A stretch of DNA of 64,000 nt from an uncultured Verrucomicrobiae bacterium. GTDB lineage: Bacteria > Verrucomicrobiota > Verrucomicrobiia > Limisphaerales > Palsa-1400. The stretch spans positions 1,472,001 to 1,536,000 of the forward strand of contig OY969763.1 in NCBI GenBank assembly GCA_963702845.1, read 5' to 3'. Positions 10,206 through 19,269 of this stretch are shown here, piece after piece. Numbering within the stretch: position 1 is the stretch's first letter; every line of letters begins with the position of its first letter. The notes under the pieces were generated by a model that made no database searches, was not told where the DNA came from, and saw only the letters and a program-made list of their open reading frames with translations. A program made the position numbers and the translations under genes.

Positions 10206-11414
10206 ATGTTCAGGTGCGCATTGCTTATCGCTGCGGTTTCCCTGGCTGCCATTTTTGCATTCGCGGCAGCACCGGAACCCGATCGCAATTGCACCGTTTG
10301 CGGGAAGGCCCTTAAGGTTGGCATCGACCAAACGTGGATGTTGGACGCTGGTTCTGAGCGCCTTCAGGAATCCATTAAATCCGGTCTCTTTCTTCCATCA
10401 CAGGTCTACACGAACACCGATACCGCCCTCACAAACCTTCACGTTGGCACCTACATCTGCTTGTGTGAAGACTGCCACAAGATTGTGAATCGTTGTTCGT
10501 TATGTAACTTGCCGATCAAAGACAAATCCGTGCGCACCAGCGACGGTCGTTGGATTTGTCCGCGTGATCTGCCCCTCGTCGTGATGGACGAAGATGCGGC
10601 GCGCGAACTGTTCGAATCGGCCCGGGAAACGGCGGTCGATGTCGTGGGCAATTTCTTTGCGTTGAAGAATCCAAACGTGAACGTCCACGTCGCTGACGTC
10701 TTCGAACGTTCAGTGTCCCGCGACGGCATGCATACCATGGCCATTTCCAAGACAACCGATTCCGGCACCGAACTCGTGCATTACGTCAGCGTCTATACCG
10801 GCCGGCCAAAAGACGAAGCCTTCTATTCCTGCGTGCATGAATACACGCACCTTTGGATCAATGAAAACATCGACGAGCACGAAATTGAACCAAACACGCG
10901 GGAAGGATTTTGCGAACTGATTGCCTACAAAGTCGCCGAGTCGCGCGGAGACGCAGCCGCCCAAAAACGAATCCTTAGCAACACCTATACAAAAGGCCGC
11001 ATCAAGGACCTCGTTCAGTACGCAAGTGAGGAAGACCTCAGCGCGATTTTGAACTGGATCCCACACGGCACAACGCGACGGTTGGCGGAAGGTCTTGCCA
11101 CCGCGACCGCAGCGAAATTAAAACCGTCGGAAATTCCTTTGGACATCCGCATTTCCGAGGCTCAGGCCCAGGCTCGCCGCGCGCAGCAGAATCTGCAAAA
11201 CGAGACCGTGGCCATCAACGGCATTATTCACACCCCTAGAGGCACCCTCGTCCTTCTCACCGGCGGCCTTATTCTGGGCAAGGGCGATTCCGGTTCTCTC
11301 AAACTCAACGGCCAATTCACCCATATTAAATGTATCGATATCCAGGCCGATTCCGCCGTGCTCCAGTTGGAAGATTCGACCAATGCACTCACGCTGAAAC
11401 TTTCGCACAAATAG
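10206..11414 (+). CDS. Secreted DA1-like zinc metallopeptidase with Cys-pair (LIM-like) region
   Basis: Signal peptide; CTVC, CEDC, CSLC, ICPRD; HEYTH followed by EGFCE. Confidence 0.7.
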   Translation: MFRCALLIAAVSLAAIFAFAAAPEPDRNCTVCGKALKVGIDQTWMLDAGSERLQESIKSGLFLPSQVYTNTDTALTNLHVGTYICLCEDCHKIVNRCSLCNLPIKDKSVRTSDGRWICPRDLPLVVMDEDAARELFESARETAVDVVGNFFALKNPNVNVHVADVFERSVSRDGMHTMAISKTTDSGTELVHYVSVYTGRPKDEAFYSCVHEYTHLWINENIDEHEIEPNTREGFCELIAYKVAESRGDAAAQKRILSNTYTKGRIKDLVQYASEEDLSAILNWIPHGTTRRLAEGLATATAAKLKPSEIPLDIRISEAQAQARRAQQNLQNETVAINGIIHTPRGTLVLLTGGLILGKGDSGSLKLNGQFTHIKCIDIQADSAVLQLEDSTNALTLKLSHK

Positions 11415-11690
11415 GTCCTGTGCGCGTTTTGCGTCTTTGCGTTGACTTAACTTCCATGCCAACCCTTCGAAACTCCCGCCTTTTTTCAGAAAAAACCATC
11501 ATTTCTTTCCCTGGTTTCCCTCCTTTCCCTACAGTTTTTGACGCGTAGCTACTTTATGGCATCATCGGTCGCGTTATGCGATACATGCAACATAAAGACA
11601 ACGCGGCGATTCTGAATCCCGCACCGAACCAGGCGAGCCACGACAATGATTTGTCGGTGGTGAGTCCGGCTTGCTGGCTACCCACGCCTG

Positions 11691-11787
11691 CCCACTTTCG
11701 TCCAATTTCGACCAAAGGGGGTGCCCGCTTTCGTCCATTAACATCCACTTTCGCCCAACAACGACCACCTGCATCCACTAAAACCCA
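11691..11787. repeat. Degenerate 10-bp tandem array ending in CCA
   Basis: CCA ends at 11694/11704/11714 and 11737/11747/11757/11767/11777/11787; best unit CTTTCGTCCA. Confidence 0.65.
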
Positions 11788-11894
11788 AAAAAATATTATT
11801 TACCAAATGCTATGAATACACCGGAACAACTTGAAAACACCGATGTTGCTAGTGTCGACGCTATCCCTCGCCAACCCGGCGCAAAACGCGCGCC

Positions 11895-12410
11895 CTACCT
11901 GGACACATCGAGGAAGTCGACCATCGCTTTTGCGAACGGCGCGAGGTCACGCGGCGTGCGGCTGGAGATTAAATTGCCATCGACCACAACCGGTTCGTCG
12001 GCCCAGACGCCGCCGGCGTTTTCGAGGTCGTCCTTGATGCCGAGCGAGCCAGTAACGCGTTTGCCTTTGAGAATTTTTGCGGAGATCGGAATCCATCCGC
12101 CATGACAAATGAACGCGACGAGTTTCCCCTGATCGAAAAATTCGCGCGTCAAAGAAAGAACCTTGGCGTCCCGACGAAGTTTGTCCGGCATAAAACCGCC
12201 GGGAATGAGCAGGCCGGCGAAGTCCTGGCTGCGAGCATCTTTCAATAAGAGATCGCTGGTTGCTGGATAACCATGTTTACCGGTGTAGGTGCAGATTTCG
12301 TGGGCGGCGATGCGGGTGGTATAGCCGGCTTCCTGGAGACGGAGCAGGGGATACCAGAGTTCGAGGTCCTCGTAAACATCATCGACGAACGTGAGCAAAT
12401 TCTTTGGCAT
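11895..12410 (-). CDS. PfpI/DJ-1 family type 1 glutamine amidotransferase-like protein
   Basis: YEDLELWYP, LLIPGG, AFICHGGW nucleophile elbow, VVVDGNLISSRTP. Confidence 0.93.
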   Translation of the reverse strand: MPKNLLTFVDDVYEDLELWYPLLRLQEAGYTTRIAAHEICTYTGKHGYPATSDLLLKDARSQDFAGLLIPGGFMPDKLRRDAKVLSLTREFFDQGKLVAFICHGGWIPISAKILKGKRVTGSLGIKDDLENAGGVWADEPVVVDGNLISSRTPRDLAPFAKAMVDFLDVSR

Positions 12411-12742
12411 GGATGAGTTTATTGTCCGGTTTGTTGAAACGGCAAGACTAGTGCTACGACAACTTTTTCAAACAGGACAGAGGTTCGGTCGCTGAAACAA
12501 CGGCGAGCAATACCTTGGGTCAGGTCCAGGTGCAGGCCGGCAAGCGCGATGCGATTCTTCAAGAGATCGAATCAAAAGTTGTTCCCGCAGCCGCTGCCGA
12601 CACGACTGCGAGCAAATAATTCGGTCTGCGTCGCCACAAAGCGTCTCAGCCATCGATTGATCAATTAACGGTATTGACGCCGTCCCGTGAGACCTCCTAC
12701 CTCCAGGACGGCGGCAGTATTTGAGAGCTGGAATTTTAAAAT

Positions 12743-12774
12743 AAAAAAACGCCCTCGATGTTCTCGAGGGCGTT
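12743..12774 (-). terminator. Intrinsic terminator of the Ig-repeat gene
   Basis: AACGCCCTCGA-TGTTC-TCGAGGGCGTT stem with an A7 run on the + side (U-tract on -), 20 nt past the stop at 12795. Confidence 0.8.
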
Positions 12775-12794
12775 GTGGTGTAGAAAATGACTCG

Positions 12795-15700
12795 TTATGG
12801 GGTAAAGTTCGCGTTGATTACCATGCCGTTGGTTGCCGTAAACAATAACGGACTCGTGCTGGAGATCGTATTGTTGTTTGGATCCGTAAAGCCGTTGAAG
12901 TGTTTGCCTGTGCCCACAGGCGTCGCGGTGATTTTATAACCAATATTGTTGAACAACGTGGTGTTTACGCCCTGGACTGGTTTGCCAAATGACGAGGCCG
13001 TGCCTGTGACTTTACCGCTGCCAATAACGTTGATGGTGACGGTGCAATTAGTCAGGAAGTAATACGTGCGGACGGTGTTGTTGACGTTATTGTTCGTTCC
13101 AGAATCACTCGCGATGGCGATGAAGGTGTTGGTGCCAGGGAGGAGGGTCACGTGATTGGTCCAGAGGACGCTGCCGGGCAAAGTCGCGCCTGCGGCGGTT
13201 TTGCGATACGTGAGTGCGACGTTATTGCTCAAGCTGTTCGGCGGAACGATGCGCACGAGGGCGACGTTTGTGATCAGGCCGTTGTCAGTCGCTCTGCCGT
13301 CAATGTCCAATTCGGGCGCGATATTGGTTTGTGTGATGCCGCCGCCAACGTAAGCCAAGATGCCATTGGTAAATCGCAAGTTTGGCGAAGGGTGCAGGAT
13401 ATTGGCCACAGGTACGTTCGCGTCGGCGTTCACGATCAGGATGCCATGGGTGTTGGTGGTGGTGAGCAATCTGGCCACGTTGCTGACGATGCATTGGTAG
13501 GTGGCTGCGTCAGGATTTTGAACATCCGTGATCGTCAGCACCGACGTGTTGATTGTATCAACAATGCTGATGTTGCCACCGGCAGAAATGGGAGATCCAT
13601 TCTTGAGCCATTGGTAGGTGGCGTGGCTGCCAGGAGTTTGAGAAGGATCAACAGCTTTGGGCGGGCTGACCGTAGTTTTGAATACGGCTGTATTGCCGGC
13701 GGTCTTTTTCGAGGTCGCCGGAGTGCAGGCGGCATTGAAAGTGGGGAAAATTGTAAGACCGGCGTGCGTGCTTTCGGCGATACTCAGGGTATTGGACACA
13801 ATGCAGTAGTAAGTGCCGCCGCTGCTCAGAGCGATGGGTGCGAAGGTCAGCACAGAATTGGTTTTGCCCTTAATGACGCCAGTGCCTTCTTTGTACCATT
13901 GATAGCGCAAGGTGGCCGTTCCGGATGCGACCACGCTCAGCGATACGTTCTTCTGGCCCACGACAACGACCTGTGCGAGAGGTTGAGTATTAATGGCGGG
14001 ATCACTCGTCACGCAATTTTGAACGTTCACGATACGATTGGCTATCCCGGTGTTCCCATGTGAATCGGTCGCCGTATATGTAATTGTGTAGGCTCCAAGA
14101 ATGTTGGGGTTGACGGTTCCAGAGGGCGTCACAGCGACGGTGCCGTCGCAAGCGTCGGTCGCAGTCGCTCCTTGTTCTGAATATGACGAACCCTGGCAAA
14201 TGTTAACCGGGCTGGTGCCGACGAGCGAAACATTCGGAGCAGTGGTGTCAAAGACCGTGACGGTGGCGACTGCGCTGGTAATGGAGTTGCCGAAGCCGTT
14301 GCTGACGACGACAGAGTAGCTGCCAGCGGATGCGAAGGAGTTGTCGTTAAAGCAGAGCGTGGCGTTGGTCGCGTTGGGGATGGCGGTTCCGCTTGGGCCA
14401 GGAGTATACCATTGGTAGGTCAGGTTAGTGCTGCCGATAGCAGTGACACTCAGGCATGGCCACGGGTCGCCGCACCCAGCGGTAAAGCTGTCGGGCTGAA
14501 CGGTGATGATGGGATCGTTGACGTTGATGGTGGTGCTATGACTTAAGGAATCGTTGACGGAATTGTGAGCGTTACAGGTATAGACGCCGGCATCGCTCGC
14601 TAATAGACCACTCAAAGTCAGGCTGCCGGTGGTGGCGCCAGAGAGCGTCGCGCCGTTTGCGTATGCGCCGTCAGACAAATTGCTGGCGCCTTTTTTCCAT
14701 TGATAAGTGATCGGGTTTGAGCCCGTTGCTGCCGCGTTTAAGACTACGGTAGCGCCGGCGTTTTGGGTCGTTGTCGAATCAACTGTGGGCGTTGAGAATA
14801 CTGGAGCGACGTCGGTGACGGTGAGTGCTGCGGGTGAACTGGTGATCGATCCGCCTGTGCCGGTGACGACGACGGTGTAATTGGCTGCATCCGATTGTTG
14901 CACTCCCGAGATGGTCACGGCTGAGGTAGTCGCGCCGGACACGATCGAGCCGCTGCCTTGTGTGCCGTTGCTGAGATTTGAACCGGCCTTTTTCCATTGA
15001 TACGTCAACGACCCAGTGCCGTTGGCGGTGACGCTAAAGTTCGCGGTGCCGGTCGCGTTGACAGTGGTGCTTGTCGGTTGGCTGCTGATGGAGGGATCGA
15101 TGACGGTCAAGGTCGCGCTGGAGCTGGTCGCGGCGGCAGAGGAATTGGTGATGACTACTGAGTAACTCGCCACGTCGGACGCGGAGACGCTGGAGAGAGT
15201 TAGGTTGGCAGTGGCTGCACCGGTAATGTTCACGCCATCAGTCAAATTAACACCGTTCTTGCGCCATTGATATGTGAGGCTTGCGCCGGAGGCGTCGATG
15301 GAGAAGTTGGCTGTGCCGCCGAGGTTTTGAGTGTTGTTGGCGGGTTGAGAATTGATGACGATGGGCGTGGGAGTGACCTGGTTGGCAATGCCGGCTGACG
15401 GTGGATTTGAACCCGCAAAGTCGAAGCCTGTATTTGCGTCCGTCGTTAAAAATCGAAGGGTTATCGTCGCCGACGGGGAGTCGCCGAACCAATTGGTGCT
15501 GCCGTCGATTCCCACCGGGTCTGTGTAGGTTCCGTAGGGCGTGTTTTGGCCAGGGGCGGTGGAGTTAAAGTTGAGGGTCGGGTACCAATAAAGTTTCAGC
15601 GGGTTGGATGAATTAACAGGAACGATCGTGTTGATGAATGCGCTCAACACGCCAGGAGTGTCGAAACCGCCGCTATTGGCCGAGGTTAGATCCCACTTGG

Positions 15701-15917
15701 CAATAATGACATCGTCACCAGTGACGAAGTTAAGAGGGGTTGGCGCGTTGAAAGTAGAATCGTTGGTGCTCGCCACCAACATTACGAGACCGGTGGTCGG
15801 CATCGCATTACCGTTTGCATCTTTCAGCAAGTTGGCATCGAGAGAGATGCTCAACGCATGGGCGTTCCATGTAAGTGTCAGGGTGAGGGCAGTGAGCAGC
15901 AGGCGAAGTCGGCGCAT
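12795..15917 (-). CDS. Large secreted immunoglobulin-repeat surface protein with a DUF5011-like domain
   Basis: Signal peptide MRRLRLLL...AHA; about 6 Ig units (QP...LTYQW.K...D...Y); DTTAPNVSLVG...GATATDACDG...YTATDSHGN. Confidence 0.85.
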   Translation of the reverse strand: MRRLRLLLTALTLTLTWNAHALSISLDANLLKDANGNAMPTTGLVMLVASTNDSTFNAPTPLNFVTGDDVIIAKWDLTSANSGGFDTPGVLSAFINTIVPVNSSNPLKLYWYPTLNFNSTAPGQNTPYGTYTDPVGIDGSTNWFGDSPSATITLRFLTTDANTGFDFAGSNPPSAGIANQVTPTPIVINSQPANNTQNLGGTANFSIDASGASLTYQWRKNGVNLTDGVNITGAATANLTLSSVSASDVASYSVVITNSSAAATSSSATLTVIDPSISSQPTSTTVNATGTANFSVTANGTGSLTYQWKKAGSNLSNGTQGSGSIVSGATTSAVTISGVQQSDAANYTVVVTGTGGSITSSPAALTVTDVAPVFSTPTVDSTTTQNAGATVVLNAAATGSNPITYQWKKGASNLSDGAYANGATLSGATTGSLTLSGLLASDAGVYTCNAHNSVNDSLSHSTTINVNDPIITVQPDSFTAGCGDPWPCLSVTAIGSTNLTYQWYTPGPSGTAIPNATNATLCFNDNSFASAGSYSVVVSNGFGNSITSAVATVTVFDTTAPNVSLVGTSPVNICQGSSYSEQGATATDACDGTVAVTPSGTVNPNILGAYTITYTATDSHGNTGIANRIVNVQNCVTSDPAINTQPLAQVVVVGQKNVSLSVVASGTATLRYQWYKEGTGVIKGKTNSVLTFAPIALSSGGTYYCIVSNTLSIAESTHAGLTIFPTFNAACTPATSKKTAGNTAVFKTTVSPPKAVDPSQTPGSHATYQWLKNGSPISAGGNISIVDTINTSVLTITDVQNPDAATYQCIVSNVARLLTTTNTHGILIVNADANVPVANILHPSPNLRFTNGILAYVGGGITQTNIAPELDIDGRATDNGLITNVALVRIVPPNSLSNNVALTYRKTAAGATLPGSVLWTNHVTLLPGTNTFIAIASDSGTNNNVNNTVRTYYFLTNCTVTINVIGSGKVTGTASSFGKPVQGVNTTLFNNIGYKITATPVGTGKHFNGFTDPNNNTISSTSPLLFTATNGMVINANFTP

Positions 15918-16202
15918 AAGCGTGTCGGGTGGGGCAGAGTGATACATTAATGTTATCTCAACCGATTGCCTGCCAAACTTCGGCTTACCCGATTGCCTTT
16001 TTCGCAGAAGCTAGACTTGGATTAACTGGGCACGATTGAGATTAGTTGTTTATAGAGAAAAACTGTCATACAGTCAATCAGTAATTACACCGATTCGCTT
16101 GACGAAGGGCAAACCGTTGTTGTTGAAATTGCGTCACTTACAACGGTGATAAGAACCGCCAGGGACAGATGATGAGCGGTGCGCCCGATCACAGCGGAGT
16201 AC

Positions 16203-16235
16203 AAAAAAAATCCGGCAAGATTTCTCCAGCCGGAT
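16203..16235 (-). terminator. Intrinsic terminator of the DUF892 gene
   Basis: ATCCGGC...GCCGGAT stem preceded by A8 on the + strand. Confidence 0.6.
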
Positions 16236-16289
16236 CGTAGTCGTAAAGGAGTGCCTCACGAACGTGAGGTGGACTCCATTGCAAAATGG

Positions 16290-16781
16290 TTATTTCTCTT
16301 TGTCAGCCGCTTCGTATTCTTCAACGTTAATGGCGGTTTCCGCTATGTCGTTGAGTTTTTCGTCAGCGGCTTTTTCTTCTCCGAGAGTTTCGTCGAGCAA
16401 GTCGACGATTTCATCTTCACCCATCAGCTTGGCCCAGGCCTTGAGCGAACCGTAAGAAGCGATTTCGTAGTGTTCGACTTTTTGCGCGGCGCAAATGAGG
16501 GCGGCGTCGCCTTCTTCTTCATCGATAATGTCGGCGCCTTCTTCAACCAGGCCAGCCATCGCTTTGCATTTTTTGCCTTTGACGGTTTCGTCGAGGAGCT
16601 TGAAGACTTCTTCCAACCGGTTGATGTGTTCTTCGGTTTGGTCGAGATGTTCTTCGAAAGCGGCTTTCAGCTCTTCGTGCTTAGCGGCCTTGGCAATTTT
16701 TGGCAGCGCTTTGGTGAGCTGCTTCTCGGCGTCGTAGAGGTCTTTTAGTTCTTCAATAAATGTTTCGCGTAGATTGCTCAT
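16290..16781 (-). CDS. Ferritin-like DUF892 (YciE/YciF-like) stress protein
   Basis: ELKDLYDAEKQL, HLDQTEEHINRLE, CKAMAGLVEEG, AQKVEHYEIASYG, LGEEKAADEKL. Confidence 0.93.
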   Translation of the reverse strand: MSNLRETFIEELKDLYDAEKQLTKALPKIAKAAKHEELKAAFEEHLDQTEEHINRLEEVFKLLDETVKGKKCKAMAGLVEEGADIIDEEEGDAALICAAQKVEHYEIASYGSLKAWAKLMGEDEIVDLLDETLGEEKAADEKLNDIAETAINVEEYEAADKEK

Positions 16782-16951
16782 AAATGTCCTTCAGTTGATC
16801 GTTCATCTGTTGCCTGCGAAAAGTAACATTGTGAGGTTTGCCCTCAATTGGGCAAAACCCCGAAAGAAGTCATGCTGTTCGCCCGAGTCGCTGTAATCAC
16901 TCGCGCATGGCCGCAGATTCATCGTCGAGCAGAAACGCCCTTGAAAAGTTG

Positions 16952-16980
16952 TGTCGGATTTCATTTTGAGCGGGTGCTAT
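16952..16980 (+). promoter_or_regulatory. Candidate ECF-type promoter, copy 1 (TGTCGGA-N11-GCGGGTGCTAT)
   Basis: Ends 14 nt before the ECF ATG; identical boxes and spacing at 19234-19262. Confidence 0.6.
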
Positions 16981-16994
16981 GATCGAAAACCGGT

Positions 16995-18368
16995 ATGACC
17001 GAAGACCAGACCGACCTGAACCAGTTTGTTCAAAATAGCGATGAAGATGCTTTTCAAAAGCTGGTCGCGAGACATATCGGTCTCGTTTATGGGACGGCTC
17101 TGCGCATCACAAATCGCGACGCAAGTCTGGCCGAAGACGTCACGCAAACCGTATTTACGGATCTGGCGCGTAAAGCAGCAACGTTGCCAAACGGTTTGAT
17201 CCTGCCCGGCTGGCTTTATCAAGCCACGCGTTTTGCCGCAGCGAAGGCTGTCCGGTCGGAACAGCGTCGGAGAATGCGCGAACAGGAGGCTTCGGTTATG
17301 CAACAAATCACCACTGAAGCTGAGGTTGAATGGAAGCGGCTGCGTCCGTCGTTGGATGCGGCTATGGGAGAATTGATCGATAAAGATCGAAACGCTGTGT
17401 TGCTCCATTATTTTGAGCAGCAGGATTTTCGTGCAGTTGGGGCTGCGTTGGGGGTGAGCGATGATACGGCGCAGAAACGGGTGAGTCGCGCGTTGGATAG
17501 GTTGCGCGGTATTCTCGTGCGCAAGGGGATTGCCACGTCGGATTCGGCTTTCTCAGCTTTCCTGACAACAGGAACAATGGCCTCGGTGCCGGCACATATC
17601 ACCGCCAAGGTGGTGAGCTGTTCCCTGGCGGGTGCTGCTTCCGCGCCTCCGCCGGGGTTGAGTTACTTGATTGCGCAAAAAATGGTGACGAAGAGATGGC
17701 AAATCCAAACCGTTATCACTTTGCTGTGGGTAAGTGGATTGGTGTATTTCTTTCACGGAGTGGGGCGCACAAACGCGCGTTCTTTCACGACTATCAATTT
17801 GATCGCGCATTGCAATGGTGGTTTGGATAAGAGTTGGACGCCGGCTATCGGGAATAATCATCTCGGCGCTCTGGGGACGGGGCGGCAAACGTTGAATGGG
17901 GTTCCATTTGATGTTCAAGGGGTCATTCAACTGCAGGGCAATGAATGGAAGCAGCGCGGATATAATTTCCCACAAAGCGTCCAGGGCATTCGTGTGGGAG
18001 CAGTCGGGCGCAAGATTCATCTACTGCATGCGAACTCGGCTTTTGCGGATCCGAATGGGACGACGGTCGCGAATTTCATCGTGCATTATTCAGATGGTGA
18101 TGAGGCTAATTTTATGATTCGCCAGGGTGTCGAAGTGCTCGACTGGTGGGATTGGCCGGAGGCGCCGGTTAAGCTGCCGAGCAGCGCTTATACTACAGTC
18201 GCGTGGACTGGGAGTAATCCGGCCTCAGAACATCAAGGGGCGCGTGTCCGACTTTTTGACACGAGCTTTTCGAATCCTCATCCGGAAAAGCAAATTGAGT
18301 CGGTGGACTACAACTCAGCGATGGCGGGCGCGGCTCCTTTTATGGTTGCGCTTACGGTCGAGCAATGA
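16995..18368 (+). CDS. ECF sigma-70 factor with TM helix and C-terminal extracytoplasmic beta-sandwich domain
   Basis: Region 2 ([30 protein letters not shown]) and region 4 ([24 protein letters not shown]); hydrophobic stretch near aa 235-255; C-terminal GVPFDV...IHLLHA...VHYSDG...DWW...VAWTG...NPHPEK. Confidence 0.9.
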   Translation: MTEDQTDLNQFVQNSDEDAFQKLVARHIGLVYGTALRITNRDASLAEDVTQTVFTDLARKAATLPNGLILPGWLYQATRFAAAKAVRSEQRRRMREQEASVMQQITTEAEVEWKRLRPSLDAAMGELIDKDRNAVLLHYFEQQDFRAVGAALGVSDDTAQKRVSRALDRLRGILVRKGIATSDSAFSAFLTTGTMASVPAHITAKVVSCSLAGAASAPPPGLSYLIAQKMVTKRWQIQTVITLLWVSGLVYFFHGVGRTNARSFTTINLIAHCNGGLDKSWTPAIGNNHLGALGTGRQTLNGVPFDVQGVIQLQGNEWKQRGYNFPQSVQGIRVGAVGRKIHLLHANSAFADPNGTTVANFIVHYSDGDEANFMIRQGVEVLDWWDWPEAPVKLPSSAYTTVAWTGSNPASEHQGARVRLFDTSFSNPHPEKQIESVDYNSAMAGAAPFMVALTVEQ

Positions 18369-18413
18369 TCCCCGGTGTCAAATATTTGCTCGCCTCATTT
18401 TTAACAAAATTGA

Positions 18414-19217
18414 ATGCGGACCTGGCACAAAATTGTGATCGCGATGCTTTTCACATTGGCAGCCGTGATCAGTTGGCGAGTTGTTTCGCTTAACGAGCCT
18501 TCGTATCGAGGGAAGCCGCTGAGCTTCTGGCTAACGGCGTATCAGACACAAGACGGGTATGAGCGCATTCCTCCGGAAAGACTCGCCATGCAGCGCGAAG
18601 CGGACATCGCATTGGGGCAGGCGGGAACCAACGCGATGCCACTTTTGCTACGGTTGATCAGGGCAAAAGATTCGGCTTTGAAGACTAAACTGATGAGGCT
18701 GTGGGAGCGGCAGAACATTATCAAAATCAAATTCACGCCGGCAGCAGAATCGAATTATCAGGGATGGGTGGGATTTCACAGATTAGGTCTTGGTGCGAAG
18801 GAGATGCTGCCGGTGTTGGTTGAGATCGCGGATCAAACGCCTTCACCGTCGCGGTTTGCTGTCGCGGAGATCGGTTGCATCGGGCAGTCTGACAAAACGG
18901 CGATGCCGGTGCTTGAACGATGGGCGACCAATGCCGATAAGTATGTGCGTTATGAGGCTATTCTGTCGCTTGGCCGGATGCGTGATGAACCAAAGCGCGT
19001 TGTGCCGATACTGACCAATGCGCTTTCAGATTGGTCGTAAATTGTCCGAAATGGCGCGAGAGAATACCTCGCTGTTTTCGGGACGAATGCGACGTCGGCC
19101 GTGCCGGCAATCCTTGAGTTCCTGAAAACTCCACAAGACTCATCGAACCTGTCCAACGCCTCCAATGCGCTTAAAGAAATCGATCCTAAGTTAGCTGCGC
19201 GAATGGGCATGGAGTAA
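18414..19217 (+). pseudogene. Membrane-anchored HEAT-repeat protein interrupted by an in-frame TAA at 19038-19040
   Basis: EPSYRGKPLSFWL, GTNAMPLLL, VVPILTNALSD; the same frame resumes after the stop with ...SAVPAILEFL...ASNALKEIDPKLAARMG* (58 aa, typical family C-terminus); may be a base-call error. Confidence 0.7.
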
Positions 19218-19233
19218 TGACGCCAGAATTTCA

Positions 19234-19262
19234 TGTCGGAATACTTCGGTTGCGGGTGCTAT
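19234..19262 (+). promoter_or_regulatory. Candidate ECF-type promoter, copy 2 (TGTCGGA-N11-GCGGGTGCTAT)
   Basis: Immediately upstream of the prepilin-like gene; matches 16952-16980. Confidence 0.6.
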
Positions 19263-19269
19263 AAACTGT

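Noticed and set aside
11691..11787. CCA-ending units as tRNA fragments or a mini-CRISPR
   Set aside because: Units are 10 nt, with no cloverleaf/T-loop and no spacers.
12452..12619. Protein-like + strand frame (…FFKQDRGSVAETTASNTLGQ…TTASK*) and the opposite 61 aa ORF 12468-12653
   Set aside because: The + frame is preceded by TAG with no convincing start, and neither frame has a recognisable motif; possibly a remnant but unsupported.
16105..16188. c-di-GMP-I (GEMM) riboswitch suggested by AGGGCAAACC...GGTGA
   Set aside because: Lacks the GAAA tetraloop, GACGCAAAG junction and CTAA receptor, and on that strand no gene follows.
16179..16748. 189 aa Phe-rich + strand ORF
   Set aside because: Antisense shadow of the Glu/Lys-rich DUF892 gene.
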